Assembly (NCBI GenBank): GCA_048128005.1
Contig: JBEUKZ010000071.1
Location: 310,001-374,000, forward strand
DNA length: 64,000 nucleotides
Source of the DNA: Veleropilina oligotropha
Taxonomy: Eukaryota
Reading direction: 5' to 3'
The notes under the pieces were generated by a model. It saw only the letters and a list, made by a program, of their open reading frames with translations. It made no database searches and was not told the origin of the DNA. Made by a program: the position numbers and the translations under genes. Shown here piece by piece: positions 19,271 through 32,200 of the stretch. Each line of letters begins with the position of its first letter. Positions within the stretch are counted from its first letter, which is position 1.

Positions 19271-19638
19271 GCGCCAGCATCTATGGGACCCTCCCCCCCC
19301 TCCCCCTGCTTGCAGATGAGCCCTCTTCCCCAACCCGGTGGCACTTCGTTCTTAATTGTGGGGAAGCGCCCAAGAAGGGGCTGGCGAAGAGGGAGTTCAT
19401 GATCCCAAACGCTGGAGGTCGGTTTGGGTTAAACCCAGCCCTCCTAATGATCCACCTGACGCCGGTCCAGCCCGCCGTGGGCCCCAAAGCATGCTCCATA
19501 AGTAAGCTTGGCCTGAATTCGGACAGGTTGACCCTCGTCTTCATCATCAAGGCCCCGTGGGTGGGGACCATGTATTTGAACGTAACGGTAGACATGGGGA
19601 ATCAACAGGCTGAACAATACAGCCACGTAGTATTGTGA
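19267..19638 (+). CDS. Hypothetical beta-rich viral protein
   Basis: 123-codon ORF coupled to both neighbours by overlapping stop/start codons. Confidence 0.55.
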   Translation: MSASIYGTLPPLPLLADEPSSPTRWHFVLNCGEAPKKGLAKREFMIPNAGGRFGLNPALLMIHLTPVQPAVGPKACSISKLGLNSDRLTLVFIIKAPWVGTMYLNVTVDMGNQQAEQYSHVVL

Positions 19639-20270
19639 TGGACAGCAAGCCATCAGCGCCAACGCTGTACCCACAGCTTGATGGCGATGTGCTTTCGGAA
19701 GTTCCGGAGGCACAGTCTTTCCGACTGCAAAAAGTGAATGAGCTTCAGGGACAGTTAGAACGAGAACGAGACACAAGAGCTGCACTATATAAAAAATACC
19801 GCCGAGGCGCTAACGTCGTTGACGGGATCGATTCGGCCTTGGTCGTGGCGACCCTCGGTATGGGTAGCGCTGGAATTGGTCTACTTTCCACAATCGTTGC
19901 CGCACCCGTGGTCCTAGTGCTGGAATTAGCGGCGTTAGGGTGTGGGCTCGCTAGTATGGGTGGAAAATACAATAGCCGACGCCTCGGGGTGAAGGCGAAA
20001 AAACACGACGAGATCCGAGTACTGGCCGAGAGCAAACTGAATACCATAACCGACCACGTCTCAAAGGCCTTAGCGGACGGGGTGATGTCTGATGATGAAT
20101 TCCAAATGGTCACAGGGGAGATGGAAAAGTATCTGACATTGAAAGCCGCCCTGCGTCTCAAAAGTCTAAAGGCGCACACCGCGATTTCACAGACCCAGAG
20201 CGAGCTTATTGAGCGTGGTCGTAAAGAGGGTCGCGCAGAGCTGCTGAAAAAAATCGGAGCTGGCGACTAA
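19638..20270 (+). CDS. Two-TM hairpin viral protein with N-terminal PSAP and LYPxL motifs
   Basis: MDSKPSAPTLYPQL; helical QSFRLQKVNEL...; Gly-rich hydrophobic hairpin SALVVATLGMGSAGIGLLSTIVAAPVVLVLELAALGCGL; KAKKHDEI...DGVMSDDEF. Confidence 0.8.
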   Translation: MDSKPSAPTLYPQLDGDVLSEVPEAQSFRLQKVNELQGQLERERDTRAALYKKYRRGANVVDGIDSALVVATLGMGSAGIGLLSTIVAAPVVLVLELAALGCGLASMGGKYNSRRLGVKAKKHDEIRVLAESKLNTITDHVSKALADGVMSDDEFQMVTGEMEKYLTLKAALRLKSLKAHTAISQTQSELIERGRKEGRAELLKKIGAGD

Positions 20271-20351
20271 CTATCCAGGTGGAGCGTGGGGTGGGTGGGG
20301 ACCCCCCTCCCCCGTATTAAAGCTTGAACTGGACAGTGATATCTGACAACC

Positions 20352-20780
20352 ATGAAATCCATGCTACTTCTGTGCATTGCCGCGGTGTGCTGGCTAGGGG
20401 GTGTCTCCACCCAGACGTCGACACACAACACTGCATTAATTCTCGAACACACGTGGGCTAGGTATCGAAATGACCCCCGGTACAATATACGACTGGACCC
20501 CTTGCGAAGAAACTTGCGACTACGCCTGGGAGACCCCCCTGATGTAACCCCACCCTCATGTCACTACTTTATTATCGGAGATAATGAGTGTGGGGTGGGG
20601 GCTCCCCCCGACCCACATACTGTGGTTTGCATCGAGTGCGCCGAGCCGTCCTTATGCCGTGGTAAACGCGGGCATTACTTCTCCATGGTGTCTACGGGCT
20701 GCAGGGGTTCGTGGAATCAAATTGGACAACAGTCGTCGTGCAATTGCACTCTAGCAAGCGGTAACTATATATTTATATAA
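20352..20780 (+). CDS. Secreted cysteine-rich accessory protein
   Basis: Signal-peptide-like MKSMLLLCIAAVCWLGGVS and 8 further Cys; last ORF before the right TIR. Confidence 0.6.
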   Translation: MKSMLLLCIAAVCWLGGVSTQTSTHNTALILEHTWARYRNDPRYNIRLDPLRRNLRLRLGDPPDVTPPSCHYFIIGDNECGVGAPPDPHTVVCIECAEPSLCRGKRGHYFSMVSTGCRGSWNQIGQQSSCNCTLASGNYIFI

Positions 20781-21334
20781 ACAGCTGTGACCTAACATAT
20801 TTTTCAGGTCGCTGTCGTCGACCCATTGTCCGATTTATGAATGAAATACCTCGCATCAATAGATATTGTTGGCGCTGAATGCCTAGTCGCGAACGTGCCC
20901 ATGGATACCTTGGTCGTGTGTAGTATTAGGCGAATCGCATACTTTTCAGGTCGATCCATTGTCCGATTTATGAATGAAATACCTCGCAGTGCATTTGCGT
21001 TGAATGCCTAGTCGAACAGTGCCCATGGATACCTTCACATCATGGTCACGTGTATTATTAGGCGAATCGCAAACAGAAATTTCATGCGACAGCTGCGAAC
21101 TTCGCCGACGTTAGCCCAGTTAAAACTAGTTGGTCCAGAAACATTATTTTGGTCCCCACACTTCCGATTAGCACAGAAAAAAAAAATCGGTCCCCTTGTT
21201 TACGTGGTGGACAGTAATCTCGTCGACTCATCGTCACGTGGCTTCTCGATAACGGGAGCACTAGGTCAGCCACGGGCTATGAATACACCATTGACACAAT
21301 ACCATTGACACATAGACTATCATAAGCTACCTGC

Positions 21335-21528
21335 TCTGTACACACAGTGACTTTTTGTAATACAAGCTATACCCTCGGGTCTGAACAGGTGCTGGGAGCC
21401 CCCACCCCCGGGCCCCTGGGCCCCACCCTAACTCCCTAGTCCCCCCCGGTATTACCAGCTCAGTTCTGAAATAGTGCTGGGAGCCTTATTTTTCCATTCT
21501 AAAAACTCTACTGACCCCCCCTGCTGCT
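21335..21528 (-). repeat. Right terminal inverted repeat
   Basis: Ends ...ctgacccccccctgctgct, followed by gtcct. Confidence 0.95.
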
Positions 21529-22814
21529 GTCCTATATATTTACAACCATCGTATTCAAGATACAGCATATCCATATATCTTGGGTGGAAATGCGGTCGCC
21601 TGGAGAAAACCACCCTGTCCGGCCATTTATGGACAACTAAAAAATGATGTCAAGCCCCACCCGAAATTAGAATCCACTCTGGTTAGTTAGCGCAATCGAT
21701 CCAGTGATTTCAGAGTCCGCACTCGACATCACAAGAGGTAGTTTGTCGAAAAGACGTTAAGCTGGGTGGTAGGATGTGTGTTCGACTCTCGCTCCGGCCT
21801 ATTCTAGCCCTTCAAACTAATATTAGAAGACAATTTGATTTCTCGACCAATGAGAACGCGGTATTTCTCGTCACTTATTGCCGAAGACGGTACTTTGCAG
21901 GTCTACAATATTGTTTGCGATGCCTTACCAATTATTAAGAATAGGGGTGACAGGTTGTAATGACAATATGGATCTTCTTGATATATTGGTAAAAAAGCTA
22001 ATTATTTGGTAATAAATATGTGCTTCGATAAACTAAATAGTTTATAAAAAAAGACAATTATAAATAATGTGTGTGGACAAATGAAATTAGCTTCCAAGTC
22101 GGTTAGACGGCAGCTTGTAGACTCTTATCAAAAAGTAGTCTCGCCCTACGGGCTCGACACTTATTTTGATGACTCTAATCCGCCATCTAACCTATACTAA
22201 GGGATGGCCTAAAAAGCTGTCACCGGGTCCCGTCCTTCGAAGGAGACCTTAACTGAGGTTCCGACTACAGATACGACAGCAAAATTGTCATCATGTGGTC
22301 GTAAAACTAAACTGATTCACATCAGTCACCTCCATTATCATTTAATTATTGTTGATGTCATAACGTTATCTTGACATGAGCGTTAACAGTATGATACGAT
22401 CTGTATATTCATGTACATGTATACATTTAAATATAATATACGTACCTATTTCTGCTAACAGAAAAGAAATTGTCCAAACGTTTTTGAAATTTCCGTCGTT
22501 CATTATGGTCTTTAGCCGCCATTTTTACAAATATCAATTCGCCGATAATGAAACAACACATGAAATGTGAAAGTAAAAGTGATTGGATTCCAATAAATTA
22601 TAGAATCTCCTAAGTTATCAGTTCAAAGCCGTATATAGGAATTTGTCATTGCTATGAGCAACACCGTCACGAGCCAATTTTAACATCATAATAATGGTAA
22701 AATATTGTATATAATGATAAAATTAACTGAATCAGTGTACATTCGCTTTGCGTATTTATAATGTTGTGCAAGTCATGTGTATATCTACATATAATTTTTT
22801 TATGCTTGGTCAAC

Positions 22815-22862
22815 TTTAGGGGGGGCGCGCGCCCCCTGCGCCCCCCCCTGTATCCGCCCCTG
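22815..22862 (-). repeat. hAT-type terminus (probable 5' end of the hAT element)
   Basis: Reverse complement caggggcggatacagg matches 878 caggggcggatccagg at 15/16; followed by gtgac, identical to 873-877. Confidence 0.55.
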
Positions 22863-23259
22863 GTGACTACATCTGGAATCAAACTCACAATTTCCACCTA
22901 CTGCAGTTTGACAAGTGCAGACTTCCCCAGCAAAGGAACAGTCAAAAACATGTACACTACTTCATACAGTTAATGAAAACATTTGACAAGTGCAGACTTT
23001 CCCAGCAAAGGAACAGTCAAAAACATGTACACTACTTCATACAGTTAATGAAAACAATCTTTTGAAATGACAAAATCTAATTATCAAAATACATCTCATA
23101 TGGACTTCATGATATACGCATATCCTAAATTGTCAGTAAAAGTGGTTTCGGAATTTAATAATAATTCTATGTCTTTGATGATTCATCACGATTGAACAAT
23201 TGTGGGTACCGATATGTGGGAATAAGGGAAGATAGACCACTAATTATAAGCGTACTCAC

Positions 23260-26200
23260 TGCAGCTGCTAAGTAGATGGGCATCAAGGGGTGGCAGGCAA
23301 TGAAGAAGTCGTAGAATCGCACGATGTGTCGGAAGTCATTGAGAACATGACCGTACCAAGTGATGAGCCAGCTCAGGCAGAATATGGTCCCCGTCTCTGA
23401 CCTGAGGAAGTGATAATATGCATAAAATGGTCCGATTCGTGCATAAACAGTTGTGAACCTAGTACCAAACTTTGTTACAATTGTTACAAATTAACAACCA
23501 AACAATGCACAATTAAAATGGTCATTAAAAAAAAAAATTAAAATTTAAGTCTACATTCCAGCATAATTTTGTTAACATTTAAAGAAAATTAAAAAAATTC
23601 AAAGAATTGAAAGCAAAGTCTTAAATAAGTCTGAAGATTCTTGAAAGTACCATGAATAAACAGACAAAAATATAGTATACATAATACAGATACTAGTAAG
23701 TGGTCTCGTTTCTTATATGCTAGAATAATTGAAAAACACAATTTGCTAAAAAACATGTGAATATTTCTTTCTTTCATTCGGATAGCCCTGAAATCTACCA
23801 TTATGGGCAACACAACTTGAATAGACTAGCAGATAGCCCTGAAATCTATCATTATGGGCAACACAACTTGAATAGACTAGGAAATAAGAGCATTTTTACA
23901 ACGAAATTTAAAATCATTTAATCAATTGTAAACAATTAAGACATTACATAGACATAGACAAAACATCTTCTTTTTTTCAACAGATTGCATGCTACATCTC
24001 AGTCATGGTTATCTCATAGCAACCGGCTAGGTACCTCTCCATAAATTCGCAGAGGTCTGGATTTGCTTTACCAATAATCGGGTAGAGATAGTTTAACATG
24101 TGCCGTGTTCTATCAAGATTTTCATCCATGAAGTCCCTACAAAAGAGGAGATGATCTCTACATTATAAATATGAATATATGGCATGGCTGGTTTCCATAA
24201 TATATGGCATGGCTGGTTGCCATAATATATGGCATGGCTGGTTGCCATATATGGCATGGCTGGTTGCCATAATATATGGCATGGCTGGTTGCCATATATG
24301 GCATGGCTGGTTGCCATATATGGCATGGCTGGTTGCCATATATGGCATGGCTGGTTGCCATATATGGCATGGCTGGTTGCCATAATATATGGCATGGCTG
24401 GTTGCCATATATGGCATGGCTGGTTGCCATATTTGGCATGGCTCGTTGCCATATATGGCATGGCTGGTTGCATGGAATGTTTTACACCTACCTTAACAAT
24501 ACATCAATCATTTTACAATCTGGACGCCTGGTTTAAAATTTGTATTAGATCATCGGATATTTCGGGCTATAGTGCCTGGACAGCTTGGCATGATCAAAGC
24601 ACTGATCGGGCTCCACGCTGCAAAGCTTTGGTGATCTGATGAGAACCGGTGGGTTCAACATTATTGATCATAGTCACTAAATATTGAAATACTAGTAACT
24701 TATATTATGGCACAATAAATTACCGGTCGTTGCCAGGCTGTGATATGATCAAAAACAGTTATTACTTAAGTCCTTATACATCATGTAGATCAACCCTTAG
24801 TGATAGAAGATAGGGTGTTGAATGCAGTGGCCCTAGTTTGATGCACAGATGTAGCAAACCCTGTGAGCATCGAAACGGGCATACTACATATATGCATGAT
24901 GTATTTTGGTTCTAACATCATGTTGCGTTAGGTAACGTCAAATAGAATTGAACTCACCCTCGCATCCAGTAAACCCAACTGATCTGAATGACCGCAAATA
25001 TTGTTAGCATGGAGTCATTGTGCTGTACCTACAGACAACAGATGGAATCGAGGGTGAGGAGGAGGAGGAATTATGCTTAATGTCCTGTATATTTATAACA
25101 TCGAGGTTCAAGGCAGGACATGTCCGTGTTATCGCGGGGGGAAAGCCCGGTCGCCGGGTAAACCCGCCCTCTTCGGCCAGTCACGGACAACTGTGCTTCA
25201 TAACTTGAACAAATGTGTGCTGCCTCAGCCGGGGGTCGATCCCACTACTGTTCGCGTCAGCGGAAACAAGCCAGTGAATTTAGAGTGGACACTCTACCCA
25301 CTGCGCTACCGAAGCGGCCACTAAATCGAGGGTGAGACAGACTCAAGACCCAGGGAGGTATTTGAAGTTTAATATGCAAATTCCACAATACATTTTTCAA
25401 ATCTTTTATGCGTAATTATGAGTTCCACCATGGGCTTGACTTGAATACAATGTCATATTATTATACTAATGGCAAAGTTGCTTCATTCATTATTTATATC
25501 GCATACCTGAGATGCAAAGTTGAAAGCTTATCAACCAGAGCGAACGCTAAATCCTCACCAACCACCAGGAGGAATGTGACGCAGATGTCGTGGTATCCCT
25601 GAAACCATCACATGAATAAAACGCACGATATTCCACAAAGATAAAAAGAGTAAAATACATCATACAAGGCACTGTCTACGAATACGGAACCATGAATTTT
25701 GTTCATCAGAAGGGTATGCATACGGAGTGGGTCTGAATTGTTGATCAATCCACATCAGGTTGACAAACCGTACGTATTCTAGAAATGCTCACGAGTATGA
25801 AATAGTTCTTCATTGTCGACCTTCGGTATCTCACATGGTTGCTAATTCCATGTTTTCTAGATGACGTCATTGATGTTAAAACAGGATAGCAAACCCTATT
25901 TCGTATCGAACCTGATAATAATGCAGCTCGTCGCGGTTGACAAGAACCCGCATAATGACGTCCACCAACTGATCTTGAAGCGCCATCCTTTTCTGTTCTT
26001 CCATGCCTGAAATGATCAAGTTTTAATTCCTGCCATGGTTATATACATGTATAGCATTATACTACATTAAGTTAAGCAACAGTGGTAAATATCTTGGTAA
26101 ATTTCAATATTAAATTTGCATCAAGCAATCAACAGGCAACTATGGAGATTAATTCGTTGCATACCTGGAGGGAATCGTTTCAGGGATCGGTTGACATCCA

Positions 26201-29200
26201 TTACCACCTGGTTATAATCCCGGTGGCTGTGCAAAACCTCAGTGTCTGCAAAAATAATATAATTAATTTAGGGTAGGGTAGGAGGCGAGGGTATTGCAAT
26301 CGGTTCCGTATGTATGTATGTATGTATGTATGTATGTCCATTCGCATAACTCGAAAACTATTAATCAAATTGATTTGAAAATGTCACACAATATAGGGTA
26401 TCTCAGTGGCTCGGTCCTCCTCGAAGATGGTCCGGATTGTGACCCGGGTTCGGATTTTATGACGCAATATCCGGTTTACAGGTTTTCATCGGACAAGCAT
26501 CAAAATAGGCTCAAAATGTTCTTTAGATCAGGGGCCAATGACAAAATGAAATATATACAATCTATCTTACACAAGATGACCGCCAGGTGGATTTAAAATT
26601 TTAAAAATAGATGGTCAATTTCTAATTTCGCCAAATCGTATTGATATCAGCAAAAATATTTAGAAAATAATGTGAAATTCATAATCATTTTACAAATCAA
26701 CCAACGCAAATTGCAAATAAATGCCGTAAATATGTAACCACTGAAACCAGACACCTCAAATTTTACCAAGTGACAGAGTGGGACATTATCTACAACTCTT
26801 ATCGATATATACTTTATGTGTTTGAGCGAAATTGTAGCAATAATTATTGTTCCGAAGTCAAAATCGTGGAGACGTTGTGATATCTGTGATAACTCTTTAA
26901 ATACTGCTAACGCCGTTATATAATTTACACCATTAAACAAGGTTACCGTTATCTATCTTTCTTGAAAATTTCAGCTATATAGCTTTAGTAACTATTGAGT
27001 TATTGAGAGTTAACCCATTATTCGCAGATTAGCCGGATTCGTAGTATGGTTGTAGTTAACTTATATTAGTTTATTTGTTTCAACATTGTGCAAGCTGAAC
27101 AATGATGGTTTGAACTATTGACAATGCTAATTTGAAGCCCTTCAGCGTTACACATCCAAATTATCATGTTATCATGCGGTTATCCCTTTTTATTGTATTC
27201 TGCTGTTGATATAATCATGTAAATTAATGGTCAAATTCATTGATGTTTATAATATTTATGGTTTCAAATGTTAGATATATGAGAATTACGACAACACCAA
27301 TATTATTGCAGATCTGCTTGTTGAAATGTTTCCATCCTACATATTTGTATGTTGGTCACTTATGTGGTTACAAATTTTGTTCTCAATTTTTAAACAAGAA
27401 CCACGGTCCGATATGTCTCGCCCCTTTAGATTTATGAATTTACTAGAGAAGTGTTTTGACCATCTCATATGCAATCATTGAAAAACTTGAGTTGAAAATT
27501 CTAAGTCCAAAAATACAAATGTTATGCATCAATTATATGAAATTTTATTTCTATATAAACAATACCAAAGCATATATCTTCCAAAAAGTTATTTTAGTAG
27601 CCATATCCACTAAATGAAAAACTTCAACCAAAAACTTTAACCAAAATTTTTATGTCCACAAATACCACTTTATTTTCAATAATTATATTAAAATTTATTC
27701 CATATTACTGGCAGTGTATCAGGTGACATCCATACAACCAATAACAAAGCATATATATGCCAAAAAGTGCCTTGAGCAAGCCATATACACTTGATGAAAA
27801 ACTTTAACCGAAAACTTGAACCTAAAATTTTCTTAAATTTCTATGTCCCAAAAGACCACCATATTTCCATTAATTCTATGAAAATGTATTCAATATCACT
27901 GCGCGAGTATCAGGTGACATCCATACAACCAATAACAAAGCATATATATGCCAAAAAGTGCCTTGAGCAAGCCATATACATTCAATGAAAAACTTTCACC
28001 AAGATGACACAACGACGACACCGGAAAAAGCAATCCCTTAGTCTCGCTTTCCTACGGGGCGAGACAAAACGTACATATTTTCATATTTGTCTCATAAATA
28101 CTGGAAATATGAATATTATTCAAAATTATGGTATCAACTGAAAGATAATATGATGAAAATATAGAAATGAGATGTTATATAATTTCTGTGAACAGTAAAT
28201 ATGTATTTTTGCCAACTCATTTGCATATTATAATAAAAAAAATTTAAATATATTATTATTTGTTTGTTATTTTTAATTTTCAAATATCATAGATATGACT
28301 TCAATTGTTAGATTTTCAGAAAGATTATTCAATTTCCTTTCAGAAAATATATAGTTTTATATAATTTCCATAAGTAAAACACCACCAAACAACTGTCATA
28401 TATGGTATACATCATTCTACAAATATCTGCCCAAGAAAACTCATCGGCTAATGGGTTAAGTATTGCCAACTTCGGCAAAATTTGGAAATACACAAATGTA
28501 ACACCAAATATAAATAGCCTAAATTAGCCGTAGTAATTCGTTTGTCAGTATGGTGCAAACGGTTCAGGCGTTTGGAGAAAGATCTAGAGGTCAGGGGTTC
28601 GATTCCCATTACCTCCAAAATAACTCTTTTTAAATTTTGTTATTCCTTATTTTTTTTATAATTTGTGATTACATTTTTATGATTGTAATTCATGTTTAGA
28701 AATATTGTTCGTAGACATTTCTGACTTGCACCATCGTCATCCCTGGCCCCGTGGCAAGAGTTTGCAATCTCCCCTGATTGCTCGTTTTGATTTTAATCAG
28801 TTACTCTTACAACCACATTTTAACAAGTTTGCAGTCGGAAACTAGATTTAAGCATCAGAATCATCGACGCTGACCACTAGATCTGAACTCGACGCTGACC
28901 ACTAGATCTGAACTCACTTCCTGCTCAACATTATTACGATGAGTTTACCAGTTGAGACACCGAGGACAGTGTTCCAAATTATCACGAATCAATCAAAAGA
29001 GCTGACCAGTACAGTACTCGCCTAATTACTAACACTTTATACTCATAGTATTGGGTGGTGTATTTTACATTCTATGAGATTCTCGATTTAACTTGAGGTG
29101 AAAATTATCTTCTCGAAATAACATCTTACCTGGTTTGTCTGGGATATTTGACGAGGTGAAAATTTTCTTCTTGAAATAACAACTTACCTGGTTTTTCTGG

Positions 29201-32200
29201 AATATTTGACGTGTCCACATCCAGAAGCTTTGGCCATGCTATGCGTCGGATCTCGTCATTGACCAGTCCATCCCTACTGATAGCGAGCTGGCGAAGAATA
29301 CTGATGTCAACGGGGTCAGCCTTCAAACACTTCTGGATCAACGCAACTTTGCGTCTTTTCCCGATAACTGCGAAGAAAGCACACTCAGATTTTGTCAAAA
29401 AGACCACATACAAATGACGCACGAGTAAATTAGACGACGTCACGTACTGGAAATTTAACAAACACAAACTTGGTAATTTGTGAATATCTTAGTCAAAGGA
29501 AATTGGGTCGCCTGGTGTCAAACATCAAGACGATCGTGTACATTCTACCATATCTGTTTCGGTATCAACCATTATCAATCAGATAGCTTCAGATATTCAC
29601 TTTCAATCATAATTCAAAAGAGAAGATATGTTACATTTATACTTGAACATTCGTGAGTTTTATATTGTCATCAACAGCCCCAGTGTCTGCCGCAATAACT
29701 ACACAGATGCTGATCCAACCTTGACCTTCAAGGAAGATGCTGAAGATCAATTATGTTCCATTATGTTTACAGGTCACTTGGAACTAAACGACATTTTTTC
29801 AACCATCCATCAGATCATGACTTGCATCAATTGGTTCTTCTTCTTCCAGACAAGAACCACGGTCCGATATGTCTCGCCGCTTTATATTTAGGAATTTACT
29901 ATAAAAGTGTTTTGACCATCTCATATGCACTCATTGAAAAACTTTAACCGATAATTACAAGTCCCAAAACACAATGTTATGCTTCAATTATATTAAATTT
30001 TATTTCATGTCAATGTCAGAGTATTAGGTGATATCCATATAAACAATACCAAAGCATACATATTCCAAAAAGTGATTTTAGTTGCCAATATCCACTGCAG
30101 AGAAAACTTCAATCAAAAACTTTAACCAAAACTTCTATGTCCACAAACACATACCACTTTATTTTCCTTAATTATATTAAAATTTATTCGATATTACTTC
30201 CAGAGTATCAGGTGACATCCATACAACCAATAACAAAGCATATATATGCCAAAAAGTGCCTTGAACAAACTTTAACCTAATGTTCACCTAAATTTCTATG
30301 TCCAAAAAGACCACCATATTTCCATTAATTAAATTAAAATTTATTCAATATGACTGCCAGAGTATCAGGTGACATCCATACAACCTATAACAAAGCATAT
30401 GTATGCGAAAACGTGCCTTGGGCAAGCCATATACACTTGATGTAAAACTTTAACCGAAAACTTTAACCTCAAATTTGCCTAAATTTCTATGTCCAAAAAG
30501 ACCACCATATTTCCATTAATTATATGAAAATTTATTCAATATGACTGCCAGAGTATCAGGTGACATCCATACAACCAATAACAAAGCATATATATGCCAA
30601 AAAGTGCCTTGAGCAAGCCATACACTTGATGAAAAACTTTAACCTAACATTTGAATAAATTTCTATGTCCCAAAAGACCACCATATTTCCATTAATTATA
30701 TTAAAATTTATTCAATATGACTGCCAGAGTATCAGGTGCCGTCCATACAACCAATAACAAAGCATATATATGCGAAAACGTGCCTTGAGAAAGCCATATA
30801 CACTTGATGTAAAACTTTAACATTAAATTTCTGTCCCAAAAGACCACCATATTTCCATTAATTATATTAAAATTTATTCAATATGACTGCCCGAGTATCA
30901 GGTGACATCCATACAACCAATTAATAACAAAGTATATATATGCAAAAAAGTGCCTTGAGCAAGCCATATACAATCAATGAAAAACTTTAACCAAGATGAC
31001 ACAACGACGACGATGCCGCCGGAAAAAGCAATCCCTTAGTCTCGCTTTCCTTCGGGGCGAGACAAAAAGTATGACCTGAATTGGTTGAGGACAAACGCTC
31101 TGCGTACAATGTGTGTATGAACAGTACGGGAATCCGTTAAAAGAAGGTGTGTGACGAGTGTCTAGTGCACGGTTAAAAAAAAGAAATGAAAAAACAAAAC
31201 AAAACAAGAAGTGTCAGGCAGTTGAGCTCTCCATCCATGCTCTGAATGAGTCGATGGATGCAGAGAGCTGCGGGTCTTTCTCTAGTCTGCTCCAGTCGCA
31301 GATGGTGCAGGGGAAGGAGTAGGCGTCGTCGTTGCACTGGAGTTGGAGCAACCGTGAGTTGTGGCCCCTAGTGATGGACGTGGCCAGTGAAACATAGGCT
31401 CGCCACTGGATATCGACTAGTTGGGTCATGATGCGGTACATCATGGCGAGGGTAGCCAGAGGGCCACTTTAGCTCCTATAAATATGGCGGTGACGCTGCT
31501 GGTTCGATGCACATTCCCCCGACGATACATCACAAAATAACAATAATATATCGACATTGCCAGGCAAATGCCCCACATATTGATTGCTATATAACATATA
31601 GCGCGCATGACAATCCGGAGACTTGAAGTGATAGGTAAAAAGTTCCGTCTCTCAGCCCATTGTCCAAGTAATACTTGAACAAGTACACCGATAGCAAGAA
31701 AAATATCTCGTTTATCGATTCCAGCAGTACGAGGTATATCGATTTTATATGAATCAAGTTGTGACCGCTTATTGCGAGTGTTTGCCGATTATCATCATTT
31801 TGACGTTGCACAACTTCTCTGTGTTATATAGCAATCTACATGTGGGGCATCTGCCTGGCGATTTCGATATATATATTTTTTGTGTGTGACGTATCGTCCT
31901 GGGACTGTGCTCGATGGTAGTCGCTCAAGACGTGGCGAATGGTGCTGCGTTGAACTTGTTCAAGCTTCTTGTTGTTGCACTGGGTGCGTACTCAATGGTT
32001 GTGCATACGTATGTGGTGAGCTTGGTGCTTTTACTTTCTTGTGGCACTTCTTGAGATTGCGACTTATTTTAATTTAATAACTTACAGTAAGAGGTGGTAA
32101 CGCCCCTTATAATAATCATAAATGTTGTTATTGTCCACAATAACAGGAATGTCTCCCCTGCTTGAAATTCTATTTTTAGCAACAGGTCATGTGACCTTTG

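Larger units (their letters stand above)
5434..21528. mobile_element. Endogenous Polinton/Maverick-like (adintovirus-like) DNA virus, full length, partly decayed
   Basis: TIRs at both ends, AG...CT termini, gtcct duplicated at 5429-5433 and 21529-21533, dense intronless ORFs: PolB-helicase, rve integrase, A32 ATPase, capsid-like proteins. Confidence 0.95.

Noticed and set aside
5434..21528. Bacterial prophage or contaminating contig
   Set aside because: Clean TSD inside a host SINE, a host LINE insertion within it, and a eukaryotic-type rve integrase.
24093..24639. MATSHAIYGNQPCHIWQP repeat proteins
   Set aside because: Translations of an intronic 22-bp minisatellite.
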